A stretch of DNA of 64,000 bases from the IMG/VR virus record IMGVR_UViG_3300018475_000004; one strand, written 5' to 3'. Source of the DNA: a virus. Its lineage: Duplodnaviria; Heunggongvirae; Uroviricota; Caudoviricetes. Of the stretch, positions 28,186 to 36,915 are shown in pieces. The notes under the pieces were generated by a model that saw only the letters and a program-made list of their open reading frames with translations, did not search any database and was not told the origin of the DNA. Position 1 is the stretch's first letter. Each line of letters starts with the position of its first letter. Position numbers and translations under genes: made by a program.

Positions 28186-28216
28186 AGAGTCCCTCTGCGT
28201 TCAGAGGGACTTTTTT
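28186..28216 (+). terminator. Terminator (gagtccctctg...cagagggac plus T6)
   Basis: Seen in sequence. Confidence 0.7.
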
Positions 28217-28243
28217 GATTTTTTATAAAAAATATGATATAAT
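28215..28243 (+). promoter_or_regulatory. Conserved cassette promoter
   Basis: ttgattttttataaaaaatatgatataat. Confidence 0.7.
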
Positions 28244-28275
28244 ATATATACAAAAAGTAAGGAAGTGAAAAAAAA

Positions 28276-28542
28276 ATGAGTTTTTACTGTTATACAGGTT
28301 TCAAAGATATCAATATCCACACTCCCGAAGAAATGACTAAAATGCATACTCGTCAGCTACTGGCTGAACTGAGAAGCACCTACACCTGGGGTTGTCAGCA
28401 TTGTTGGGGGAACGAAGATTGGGATCAGTTGAACTGCTACCGTGCCCAGCTCAAGGCTGAGCTGGCGACCAGAGAACACGTCCCGAATAAGTGGGAAAGC
28501 AAAGGTCTGCGTAAGCTAAGAAAGAAGAGAGGGTATAAGTAA
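28276..28542 (+). CDS. Hypothetical protein (88 aa)
   Basis: RBS aaggaag; TAA stop. Confidence 0.4.
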   Translation: MSFYCYTGFKDINIHTPEEMTKMHTRQLLAELRSTYTWGCQHCWGNEDWDQLNCYRAQLKAELATREHVPNKWESKGLRKLRKKRGYK

Positions 28543-28748
28543 TGGAAAAAGTTGCTTATGTGTCCGTCACATACCTCTTCACAATAGAGCCTGAATTAGT
28601 CGGTCTCGAAGATGACTGCGGTAAAGAGGAATTTGAAACCGCAGTTGAAAATTATATGGAAGCGGTTACCGATTATGTAGCACATCAGGCTGATGTATTT
28701 CCCAATGACATTGAAATTTCCGTTTGCGGATTTGAGAAAGGAATTTGA
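28542..28748 (+). CDS. Hypothetical acidic protein (68 aa)
   Basis: ATG overlaps the preceding TAA. Confidence 0.4.
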   Translation: MEKVAYVSVTYLFTIEPELVGLEDDCGKEEFETAVENYMEAVTDYVAHQADVFPNDIEISVCGFEKGI

Positions 28749-28753
28749 TAACT

Positions 28754-30535
28754 ATGGATAATTACAATCCTCTTCTGCTGATTGACTTCTATAAAGCTAC
28801 TCACCATGAGCAGTATCCCAAGGGTCTGACCAAGATGGTTTCCTATTACACTCCCAGAATAAGTCGCCTGGATGATGTAGACCATATCACTTTCTTTGGT
28901 CTGCAGGCTTTCATTGACGAATATCTGATCAATGGTTTCAGAACTTGGTTCTTTGACCGTGATCTGGATGAAGTTCTGTATGAGTATAACCGTGTTTTGA
29001 CCTATACCATGGGACCCGGTTCTTATGAGGATCGTAAGATTCGTGACCTGTGGGAGTTGGGTTATCTACCCCTGGAAATTCGTGCTGTCCCCGAGGGGTC
29101 TCGCACTAAAGTTGGTGTACCTCAGATTGAGATTTCCAATACTCATCCCAATTTCGTCTGGCTGGTAAATACCATCGAAACTCTGCTGTCCTGCTCCATG
29201 TGGCATACGCAGATTGCGGCTGAAGTCGGTTATCGTTACCGCAAGGTCGTTAATACTTGGGTTGAAAAAACCTGCGACTCTTCTGTAAGTCCTTGGAAGA
29301 TGATCGGTGATTTCTCTATGCGTGGTCAGCACTCCGCTGAATCTGCTATCAAGGCTTCTGGCGCATGGCTGTTGAGCCACCATAATACTGCAACTGTTCC
29401 CGCAATCATGTGGATGGAAAAGCATTATGATTGCAACATCGAAAATGAGCCTGTCGGCTTCGGTGCTATCTCCACCGAACACTCTGTCATGTGTTCTAAC
29501 TTCGCCGTTGATGGTGATGAAATTACTCACATCAAGCGCCTGCTGAGTGAAATTTATCTACACCACAGTTTCTCCATGGTTTCCGACTCTTATGACTACG
29601 AAAATCTGGTTATGAACCTGCTTCCTCAGTGCAAAAGAGAAATTATGGCTCATGATGGTACTCTTCTGGTGCGTGGCGATTCCGGTAATCCTGTCGAAAT
29701 CCTGGCTGGTAAGCCCATTGACTGGCTGACTCCTTATGATGACGAAGAAGCTGAAAAGCTGTTTTCCGACAAGGAATTCACTAAGGACTGGATGTATGAT
29801 TTCTGCCGTGACTGCGGTGTTGAGGAAGAAACTGTCCTGTATTTCCATTTCAATGACAAGTTCTACGCTCTGAATGTCTATCCTGACTGGACTAATGAGC
29901 GTGGCGCATGGACTGATCGTAAGTATTACTACGTTGAAGACTATGCTTTTGAGTGGGAAGAAATTCAGCCTTCTCTGGAACTGCTCGGCACCGTTTGGGC
30001 ATTGGACCAGATTGTCGGTCATACTGTGAATGAAAAGGGCTATAAGGTTCTGGACCCCCATCTAAAGGCAATCTACGGCGACAGCATTCTGCCTGACTAT
30101 GCCAATGAAATTTACAAGCGTCTGGCCGCCCAGGGCTACGCTGCCAATAATGTCGTTATGGGCGCTGGTTCTATGTTCATGATGGCTCTGGTTTGTGCTG
30201 ACGATGAAGGTACTCTCCAGTTCGCTGGTAAGTGGAACGGTACCAATGCTGGTCCTTATACTCGTGATACTTTTGGCATTGCTGTAAAGGCTACTTATGC
30301 CGAAGACTGCGTTGGTAATGGTATCAATATCTTCAAGAAGCCTAAAGCTCTGGCTTGGAAAAAGAGCCAGAAGGGTTGCTGTGTTGTTGCTCTGGATGGT
30401 GAGTCCTATACCGACGAGCACGCATTTGAAGATACTCTGGGCGAAAAGAATCTGCTTCAGACTGTGTTCTATAATGGTAAATTGACCAATAGACAGAGTC
30501 TGGCTGAAATCCGCGAAAGACTGTGGGGTAAGTAA
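28754..30535 (+). CDS. Nicotinamide phosphoribosyltransferase (NAMPT/NadV family; could alternatively be a Namat-type nicotinamide ADPR transferase)
   Basis: 'MDNYNPLLLIDFYKATHHEQYPKGLTKMVSYYTPR' is the NAMPT N-terminal signature; about 590 aa. Confidence 0.8.
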   Translation: MDNYNPLLLIDFYKATHHEQYPKGLTKMVSYYTPRISRLDDVDHITFFGLQAFIDEYLINGFRTWFFDRDLDEVLYEYNRVLTYTMGPGSYEDRKIRDLWELGYLPLEIRAVPEGSRTKVGVPQIEISNTHPNFVWLVNTIETLLSCSMWHTQIAAEVGYRYRKVVNTWVEKTCDSSVSPWKMIGDFSMRGQHSAESAIKASGAWLLSHHNTATVPAIMWMEKHYDCNIENEPVGFGAISTEHSVMCSNFAVDGDEITHIKRLLSEIYLHHSFSMVSDSYDYENLVMNLLPQCKREIMAHDGTLLVRGDSGNPVEILAGKPIDWLTPYDDEEAEKLFSDKEFTKDWMYDFCRDCGVEEETVLYFHFNDKFYALNVYPDWTNERGAWTDRKYYYVEDYAFEWEEIQPSLELLGTVWALDQIVGHTVNEKGYKVLDPHLKAIYGDSILPDYANEIYKRLAAQGYAANNVVMGAGSMFMMALVCADDEGTLQFAGKWNGTNAGPYTRDTFGIAVKATYAEDCVGNGINIFKKPKALAWKKSQKGCCVVALDGESYTDEHAFEDTLGEKNLLQTVFYNGKLTNRQSLAEIRERLWGK

Positions 30536-31041
30536 TGAGTATTTACCATGTAAAAGGTAGTCTGCTTGATGCAGATGTTGACTATTACTGCCATCAGGTG
30601 AATTGCCAGGGTCGCATGGGCTCTGGCATCGCTAAGGCAATTAAAGATAAGTGGCCCGTAGTTTACAGCGAATATATCCAGAAGTATAATGATACTGAGG
30701 ATAATATTCTGCGTAACTGCGGTGGTTTTGAACATTGTCCCGAGACCAGCGAAGTGCTTTTAGGCGATATTCAACTAGTCCAGGTGGATAAAACTCATAC
30801 TGTAATCAATATGTTCGCCCAAGAGCACTATGGTTATGATGGCCGCAGATACACTTCTTATGATGGCTTCTGGAGCTGCCTCGGACATATCCGAGAATTT
30901 GTTCCAGAAGGCGCAACAATTGGCTTCCCATCCCATATTGGTTGCGGCCTGGGTGGCGGCAACTGGGAGGTCATCAAGACAATGATCGAGCAAGTCCTTG
31001 ATGAGGACTATGAAGTATATATCTACTATTTGGAGGAGTAA
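30535..31041 (+). CDS. Macro-domain protein (ADP-ribose / O-acetyl-ADP-ribose processing)
   Basis: 'VDYYCHQVNCQGRMGSGIAKAIKDKWP' and 'GCGLGGGNW'. Confidence 0.65.
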   Translation: MSIYHVKGSLLDADVDYYCHQVNCQGRMGSGIAKAIKDKWPVVYSEYIQKYNDTEDNILRNCGGFEHCPETSEVLLGDIQLVQVDKTHTVINMFAQEHYGYDGRRYTSYDGFWSCLGHIREFVPEGATIGFPSHIGCGLGGGNWEVIKTMIEQVLDEDYEVYIYYLEE

Positions 31042-31043
31042 AA

Positions 31044-31877
31044 ATGGGTAGAGCATTTGACGCTGAACTGGAAATCCAGTATATGATTACCGAAATCAAA
31101 AAGTATTTCGTGAAGAATGGTGGTAAAACCACCAAAGCTGTTATCGGCATCTCCGGTGGCAAGGATTCTACAATTGCGGCTGCCCTGTTGTGTCGCGCTT
31201 TGGGTTCTGAGAATGTCTTCGGTGTTCTGATGCCCTGTGGCGAACAGGCTGACATCGCAGATTCTTACAAAGTCGTAGAGCATCTGCATATGCCCTATAC
31301 TGTCGTCAATATTGGCTCCACCATGGATGCTTTGGTGGAAGCAATCCCCGAAGAGTATTTCGGTGGTGGCAATGATGTATTCTACACTAATACTCCTGCT
31401 CGCCTGCGCATGACTACTCTGTATGGCATCGCCGCATTGATCGGCGGTCGAGTGGTTCATACTGGCAATGCATCTGAAATGTATGTCGGCTATACTACTA
31501 AGTTTGGCGATATGGCCGGTGATTTCTCCATTTTTTACGACTTTTATGTTCGTGAAATTTTGGCTATCGGTGATGCTCTGAATCTGCCTGCTGAGCTGGT
31601 TCATAAGGCTCCTGGCGATGGCATGACCGGTAAAACCGATGAAGATAATTTCGGCTTCACTTATGAAGTCCTCGATGCTTATCTTCTGGACAATAAGACG
31701 CCTTCTTATGAAACTCTGCGACTAATTGAAGAGCGTCATGAGCGAAATGCTCATAAAATGCGTATGCTGAATATTCCCTATATTCGTGCCCGCACCAGAA
31801 AATGGGAAGGTAGTTCCAATCGACATGGAGGTTGCTTTGAAGTCCTCCATGAAGATACCCCGTTTATTGATTTCTAA
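31044..31877 (+). CDS. nadE: NH3-dependent NAD+ synthetase
   Basis: PP-loop 'GISGGKDSTIAAALL'; 'TGNASEMYVGYTTKFGD'. Confidence 0.8.
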   Translation: MGRAFDAELEIQYMITEIKKYFVKNGGKTTKAVIGISGGKDSTIAAALLCRALGSENVFGVLMPCGEQADIADSYKVVEHLHMPYTVVNIGSTMDALVEAIPEEYFGGGNDVFYTNTPARLRMTTLYGIAALIGGRVVHTGNASEMYVGYTTKFGDMAGDFSIFYDFYVREILAIGDALNLPAELVHKAPGDGMTGKTDEDNFGFTYEVLDAYLLDNKTPSYETLRLIEERHERNAHKMRMLNIPYIRARTRKWEGSSNRHGGCFEVLHEDTPFIDF

Positions 31878-31886
31878 GGAGGAAGT

Positions 31887-32330
31887 ATGATTACTGAATT
31901 TGATGGAAAATACGCTTTTCTAAGTAACTTCTATTATGCCCCTTTTACCTATGATGGAATTGAATATCCTACCAACGAACACTTCTTTCAGGCAATGAAA
32001 ACCCTCGACCAAGAGGAAAGAAAGAAGATTGCGGCCGCCGCAACTCCGGGTAAGGCTAAGCGAATGGGCCGTCAAGTTCAGTTGCGTGAGGATTGGGAAC
32101 AGGTCAAATACACTGCTATGCGCGTTGGCGTAGGGCGGAAATTTGATACGCACCCTAAACTCGCAAGTAAGTTGATTGCTACAAATGATTGCATTCTTAT
32201 TGAAGGCAACTCTTGGCATGACAATACTTGGGGTTCCTGCTTCTGTCCCAAATGTGCAGAAATTGCTGGTAAAAACTGGCTTGGTGAAATTCTTATGGAA
32301 AAGCGTAAAGAATTGATTTCCGAACTGTGA
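31887..32330 (+). CDS. NADAR-domain protein (YbiA-like; ADP-ribose / NAD-related N-glycosidase family)
   Basis: 'YAFLSNFYYAPFTYDGIEYPTNEHFFQAMK...GRQVQLREDWEQVKYTAMRVGVGRKF...LIEGNSWHDNTWG' is the NADAR/DUF1768 signature. Confidence 0.65.
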   Translation: MITEFDGKYAFLSNFYYAPFTYDGIEYPTNEHFFQAMKTLDQEERKKIAAAATPGKAKRMGRQVQLREDWEQVKYTAMRVGVGRKFDTHPKLASKLIATNDCILIEGNSWHDNTWGSCFCPKCAEIAGKNWLGEILMEKRKELISEL

Positions 32331-32333
32331 TAC

Positions 32334-32361
32334 GAGACCCCTCATTTTGAGGGGTCTTTTT
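32334..32361 (+). terminator. Terminator (gagacccctc...gaggggtct plus T5)
   Basis: Seen in sequence. Confidence 0.7.
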
Positions 32362-32388
32362 GATTTTTATAAAAAAATATGATATAAT
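32360..32388 (+). promoter_or_regulatory. Conserved cassette promoter
   Basis: ttgatttttataaaaaaatatgatataat. Confidence 0.7.
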
Positions 32389-32417
32389 ATATATACAAAG
32401 TAAAGAGAGGGGAAAAG

Positions 32418-32669
32418 ATGTGCAAGTATGCTATTTACGAGAAAAATAGATTAAAAGTCTATCGTGATGAGCGATACAGCTATGATATTGTATGTTTTTG
32501 TGACTCTCTGGAAGATGCTCAAGATATGGTCTTATCTCTAACAGAAGATTTTCTTTATAAGACTTTTTGCGAGCATTGTCAACTTTTTAGCGTAAAAGAT
32601 TCAATAACACTTATGAAAATGATTCCCAAATATGGTTGGGATAAATACACAATTAAAGAGAGGGATTGA
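32418..32669 (+). CDS. Hypothetical protein (83 aa)
   Basis: RBS gagagggg; TGA stop. Confidence 0.4.
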   Translation: MCKYAIYEKNRLKVYRDERYSYDIVCFCDSLEDAQDMVLSLTEDFLYKTFCEHCQLFSVKDSITLMKMIPKYGWDKYTIKERD

Positions 32670-32992
32670 TAAGAATGACAGTAAATATTGATGCCCCCAT
32701 CATTGTAGCTTTTACTGACAAAATTAGGGATCGTATAGTACTTGATCCGTATGTTTATTTTACCGAAGAATTTACCGGAAAAGGTCTGGTTGCGGTCTAT
32801 GGCTGTTCCAATTTGAAAGACTTTTTCAATCTTATGGAGCACCTGGTTGAGTATCCCGATGGTATGTGGTACTGGGTGCTTCATGACGGAAAATGTATCT
32901 GTTCAGGTGCCTGCGACCCCGCTGACATTGAGGGGTTTGAGGAGTACTTCGGTATCACTAGCGAACAAGCAAGAGAACTGGAAATCAAGTAA
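32666..32992 (+). CDS. Hypothetical protein (108 aa)
   Basis: ATG overlaps the preceding TGA; TAA stop. Confidence 0.4.
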   Translation: MIRMTVNIDAPIIVAFTDKIRDRIVLDPYVYFTEEFTGKGLVAVYGCSNLKDFFNLMEHLVEYPDGMWYWVLHDGKCICSGACDPADIEGFEEYFGITSEQARELEIK

Positions 32993-33002
32993 GGAGGATT
33001 AT

Positions 33003-33563
33003 ATGGTTGGAGTAATTCTGTTCCGCGCACAGCCTTTTCATAATGGTCATATGAACATGGTGAAGAAGGCTTATGAAGATTGCACCGCAAATCATTGCGA
33101 CCTGCACATTTTCGTGGGTTCCGCAGACAAGTCTGGCACCAAGCGCAATCCTCTGCCCATTGATTTTCGTCTGATGCTCCTGGAAGGTGCTTTACACGAG
33201 CAATTTTCTACCGAAGATCTGAAACACATTCATGTCTATCCCTTGGATGATATGACTGATGAAAGCGACAACAGTCACGGTTGGGGCCGATACCTTTACA
33301 TCAAGATGTTCGGCAAGACCAAGGATTCTGATATGACCATCTACTACAGTGACGATCCCCGCATCATGCTCGGTTGGTTCGCACAGGATGAAAGATGGTT
33401 ACTTCGCTTCAAATTCCTGGACCGATATGAGGGTATCAGCGCTACTCTGGTGCGGCAGGCATTCCAGATGGAGGGTGGCGACTATGCTGTAAAACAGTTA
33501 GTTCCGTCTTTTGTCTATAACTACCGAGAAGAAATTCGGCAGTATATCCAGGAGGCCAAATGA
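33003..33563 (+). CDS. Nicotinamide-nucleotide adenylyltransferase (NadM/NMNAT-like cytidylyltransferase fold)
   Basis: AAGGAGG RBS; 'FRAQPFHNGH' (HxGH motif) and '...IFVGSADKSGTKRNP'. Confidence 0.7.
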   Translation: MVGVILFRAQPFHNGHMNMVKKAYEDCTANHCDLHIFVGSADKSGTKRNPLPIDFRLMLLEGALHEQFSTEDLKHIHVYPLDDMTDESDNSHGWGRYLYIKMFGKTKDSDMTIYYSDDPRIMLGWFAQDERWLLRFKFLDRYEGISATLVRQAFQMEGGDYAVKQLVPSFVYNYREEIRQYIQEAK

Positions 33564-33793
33564 AAGAATTTGATGAACAATTCTGGTGGCACACCTGCTT
33601 ATATCGTAAATGTCCATTCTTTGATGGCTCAAAAGTTATCATGGAAGAACGAAAACTTTACTGGGCTGGCAAAGACCATCCAGAATACTATGATATAACT
33701 TACGAGGAAAAATATTTTTGTCCTGTTTTTCAGAAATACCTTTACCCAGCAAGAGATGTCTGTTTCAACGAGCGTAAAGGCCCAACCTTCTAA
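33560..33793 (+). CDS. Cys-rich hypothetical protein (77 aa)
   Basis: ATG overlaps the preceding TGA. Confidence 0.4.
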   Translation: MKEFDEQFWWHTCLYRKCPFFDGSKVIMEERKLYWAGKDHPEYYDITYEEKYFCPVFQKYLYPARDVCFNERKGPTF

Positions 33794-33808
33794 CGCAAAA
33801 AATCTTCT

Positions 33809-33837
33809 TTGATTTTTATAAAAAAATATGATATAAT
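33809..33837 (+). promoter_or_regulatory. Conserved cassette promoter
   Basis: ttgatttttataaaaaaatatgatataat. Confidence 0.7.
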
Positions 33838-33870
33838 ATATATGTAAGGTAAAGGAAAGGAGAAAGCGAA

Positions 33871-34158
33871 ATGAAACCGCTAATTAGAAAGGCGGTCAAA
33901 AAGGCATTTATCGCAATTGTGATATGTGCTATATTGTCCGCCTTACTCACAGGACTCGCCCCAATCCTGATGAATGAAGTCGCAATGGGGCAGCTAGAAA
34001 ATGACAACTTCGGTTTTGTAGCGATGGAAACCGCAAGTCATGTCCAGAATATGGTCGCAAGTGGAGAAGTGCTGGTTGTTCTTATTTGCGGCGCATCCAT
34101 CGCAGTAGATTTCGTAAAATATTTCAACGATAGAAAGGAAAATATTACAAATGAATAA
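33871..34158 (+). CDS. Small membrane protein (95 aa)
   Basis: RBS aaaggagaaag; hydrophobic. Confidence 0.45.
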   Translation: MKPLIRKAVKKAFIAIVICAILSALLTGLAPILMNEVAMGQLENDNFGFVAMETASHVQNMVASGEVLVVLICGASIAVDFVKYFNDRKENITNE

Positions 34159-35095
34159 GGTAAAGAAGTTGGTTCTGCTCGTCCTGATGCTGGTCCTGTG
34201 TTTGAGCCTGGCTGGTTGTCGAAAGCCCTATGACAAGCCTGAGTTCGCCAAGATTTCTCCCTCGCAGACCGGTTTCCTGATCCCTCTGGTTGGTGATTCC
34301 AGTTCTCAGTCCGCCTTTGCTTCTGAAGAGCTGCTGGCTGAGCACAAGGTTGCCACTAAAGAAGTCCAGATTCCTCACCGCTGGGTCCAGACGGGCCGCA
34401 TGAGCTGGACTGGTGAATGGAAGCCTTCCGCAGAACTGATTGTCGTTGAGCGTAAGCCTGTATCTCGCTCTTGGGATTCCGGCGACGACACTGCTTCTTC
34501 TTCTAACCGCGCCATCTTTGGCGGTAGTTCTGATAACATCGGCATCTATGTCGGTATGAACTGTACTACCATGATCGAGGAAGCTGATGCCGTAAAGTTC
34601 CTGTATCGCTACAATAACACTCCTCTGGAGCAGATTATTGACAACGACATTAAGAAGCTGGTTGAAGACCGTTTCAACATTGAAACTTCTAAGTACACTT
34701 CTACTGAGCTGGGCGCCAACAAGGGCAAGATTATGGAAGCTGTCAAGGAATATGTAATTCCTTACTTCAAGGAATACGGCATTACCATTACTGTCCTGGG
34801 TATCAAGGAAGACATTTCCTATGAGAACCCCGAAATCCAGAGGGCAATCGATGCCAAGTTTGCGTCCGAGCAGGAACTGGTAATTCAGCAGAATAAGAAT
34901 GAAGCTAATATCGCTAAGGCTGAAGCCGAAGCTGAGGCTATGATTATGTTGGCTGAGGCCCAGGCTGAAGCTAACAGATTACTGGCTGAATCTCTGACTG
35001 GTAATCTGCTCGAAAAGATGTACTACGAAAAGTGGGACGGTAAGTTGCCTACCATCTATGGTGGCGATAATACCCCCGTCATTCAGATGCCCTAA
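34151..35095 (+). CDS. SPFH/band-7 domain lipoprotein (prohibitin/HflKC-like)
   Basis: Lipobox 'SLAGC'; SPFH core; C-terminal 'NIAKAEAEAEAMIMLAEAQAEANRLLAESL' helix. Confidence 0.6.
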   Translation: MNKVKKLVLLVLMLVLCLSLAGCRKPYDKPEFAKISPSQTGFLIPLVGDSSSQSAFASEELLAEHKVATKEVQIPHRWVQTGRMSWTGEWKPSAELIVVERKPVSRSWDSGDDTASSSNRAIFGGSSDNIGIYVGMNCTTMIEEADAVKFLYRYNNTPLEQIIDNDIKKLVEDRFNIETSKYTSTELGANKGKIMEAVKEYVIPYFKEYGITITVLGIKEDISYENPEIQRAIDAKFASEQELVIQQNKNEANIAKAEAEAEAMIMLAEAQAEANRLLAESLTGNLLEKMYYEKWDGKLPTIYGGDNTPVIQMP

Positions 35096-35101
35096 ATTTA
35101 G

Positions 35102-35136
35102 TCCCCCGGAATAAAATCCGGGGGATTTTTTCTTTT
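35102..35136 (+). terminator. Terminator (tcccccgga...tccggggga plus T-run)
   Basis: Seen in sequence. Confidence 0.7.
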
Positions 35137-35165
35137 TTGATTTTTTATAAAAAATATGTTATAAT
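35137..35165 (+). promoter_or_regulatory. Conserved cassette promoter
   Basis: ttgattttttataaaaaatatgttataat. Confidence 0.7.
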
Positions 35166-35180
35166 ATATATAGAAAGTGA

Positions 35181-35366
35181 GTGATAAATATGTATGCAGT
35201 AAAAGGCTTTATATTTACAGAAAAGGATAATGTAATTCACAGAATTCCTTTGCCGAATGGCCTTCTCGCAAAAGATCATGACGAGGCCCATGAAACATTT
35301 GCGGCAATGGGAATTACGAATTATATGTTTACACTTATTCCAGTAGTAATAAAGGAGGGAGAATAA
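35181..35366 (+). CDS. Hypothetical protein (61 aa)
   Basis: Small ORF; TAA stop. Confidence 0.35.
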   Translation: MINMYAVKGFIFTEKDNVIHRIPLPNGLLAKDHDEAHETFAAMGITNYMFTLIPVVIKEGE

Positions 35367-36094
35367 TGGCTACATATGCGCTGGGCGACCTGCATGGGCA
35401 TTTAGAAGTGTTTCGTAAGATTCAAGCATTTTTAAAGCCCGATGATAAGGTCTATTTTCTGGGCGATGCGTGCGACCGCGGCCTGCAGTCCTATGAATGT
35501 ATCAAGGCAGTTGCGGCAGACCCTCGATTTGTTTACATTAAGGGCAACCATGAAGATATGCTCGTAAAGGCCATCAAAGATTATCTCGATGATGGTTTCA
35601 TGTGGGATTATCACTCTTATTCTCTTTCTTCTCACAATGGTGGACGACCTACAATGGAAGCTTGGGAGCGGGACCCTGACCGCATGAAGTGGTATGAGTA
35701 TCTGCGTGACCTGCCTACCCATGTAGAGTATACTAATGCTCTTGGAATGAGAATTCTGCTGAGTCATGCGGGTTATACTCCTTATTGGAGTGATCCTGAA
35801 GCTGACGAAGATAAAGAGCTTATCATTCCCGATGATGAGCATCTTATCTGGAACAGAGATGACTATTTCGATCCCTGGGACCCACTGAACGAGGGTGGTT
35901 ATGATGACTTCCTTGTTGTTCATGGTCATACTCCTGTATGTTATATCAGTGAAGATTTGTATATCGATTGGGAGTCCGGTCCCATCTGGTATGCGGACGG
36001 CCATAAAGTGTGCATTGACACTGGTGGATTCTTTATGGGTGAGTTCTGTCTTTTGGATTTGAACACCTACCAAAGTTATTCATTTTTCAGTTAA
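35366..36094 (+). CDS. Ser/Thr protein phosphatase (PPP family, lambda-phosphatase-like)
   Basis: 'GDLHGH', 'LGDACDRG', 'GNHE'. Confidence 0.7.
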   Translation: MATYALGDLHGHLEVFRKIQAFLKPDDKVYFLGDACDRGLQSYECIKAVAADPRFVYIKGNHEDMLVKAIKDYLDDGFMWDYHSYSLSSHNGGRPTMEAWERDPDRMKWYEYLRDLPTHVEYTNALGMRILLSHAGYTPYWSDPEADEDKELIIPDDEHLIWNRDDYFDPWDPLNEGGYDDFLVVHGHTPVCYISEDLYIDWESGPIWYADGHKVCIDTGGFFMGEFCLLDLNTYQSYSFFS

Positions 36095-36105
36095 ATAGAT
36101 CTTAA

Positions 36106-36134
36106 TTGATTTTTATAAAAAAATATGATATAAT
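36106..36134 (+). promoter_or_regulatory. Conserved cassette promoter
   Basis: ttgatttttataaaaaaatatgatataat. Confidence 0.7.
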
Positions 36135-36164
36135 ATATGTGTAAGGTAAAGAAAGGAATATGAA

Positions 36165-36422
36165 ATGGCAAAGCAGAAAGCATATAACGAACACAGCTTT
36201 TATTGTATCAGCTGTGGCAACAAGGGTATTCCTCTGATGCGCCTCAAAGGTCATCAACATGGACGGATGCATCGCAAGAAGCTCTACTGTCCGACCTGTC
36301 GTATGGAAATCAATCATGTCGAATGTAAGACAATGGAAGATGTAGAAGAATTTCGTTATAATTTTGAGAATGGGGTGTATAAGGATGAAGCGGAAACGTC
36401 TATTTGTCATGTCCGGTCCTAG
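36165..36422 (+). CDS. Zinc-ribbon protein (two CxxC pairs); ends at a TAG, and if TAG is read through it extends to TGA at about 36504
   Basis: RBS aaagaaagg; 'CISCG...CPTC'. Confidence 0.45.
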   Translation: MAKQKAYNEHSFYCISCGNKGIPLMRLKGHQHGRMHRKKLYCPTCRMEINHVECKTMEDVEEFRYNFENGVYKDEAETSICHVRS

Positions 36423-36915
36423 TGGATGCGGCAAGAGCTCCTGGATTCAGAAGCAGATTGCGATTCACGGTGGCAACTGGATTTCCAGAGATTTGATTCG
36501 TCTTTCTCTGGTTGAAGAGAATGAAAGTTATTTCTCTCACGAAGATCAGGTTCTGCGGGAGTTTTATAAGGAAATCAACAACAAGTTGAGTTCTGACTAC
36601 TTCCATTCTGATGTTTATGTTGATGCCACCCACTTGACACCTAAAGCTCGAAGAGAGCTGTTCCGCAATATCAATCTGAAGAACGCTGCTGAAGTAATTG
36701 GTGTTTCTTTTGAAATTCCTACTGATGTGGCGGTCGAAAGAAACAAGAACCGCGTCGGACGCGCGGACGTTCCTATGACTGTAATTCGTGATATGAATAA
36801 GCGTTTCATTGCTCCTTCTCTGTATGAGGGTTATGATATGATTATCCATATTAATGAATTTGGTGAAGAAAGAAAGGAAGTGAAAACCGATGGGAAGGAT
36901 TTTTGTGACTTCTGA
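36385..36915 (+). CDS. P-loop kinase (Walker A 'GPSGCGKSS'); possible polynucleotide 5'-kinase (Pnk-like)
   Basis: 'LFVMSGPSGCGKSSWIQK' resembles the Pnk kinase domain. It is translationally coupled to the downstream metallophosphoesterase by a 26-nt overlap. Confidence 0.45.
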   Translation: MKRKRLFVMSGPSGCGKSSWIQKQIAIHGGNWISRDLIRLSLVEENESYFSHEDQVLREFYKEINNKLSSDYFHSDVYVDATHLTPKARRELFRNINLKNAAEVIGVSFEIPTDVAVERNKNRVGRADVPMTVIRDMNKRFIAPSLYEGYDMIIHINEFGEERKEVKTDGKDFCDF

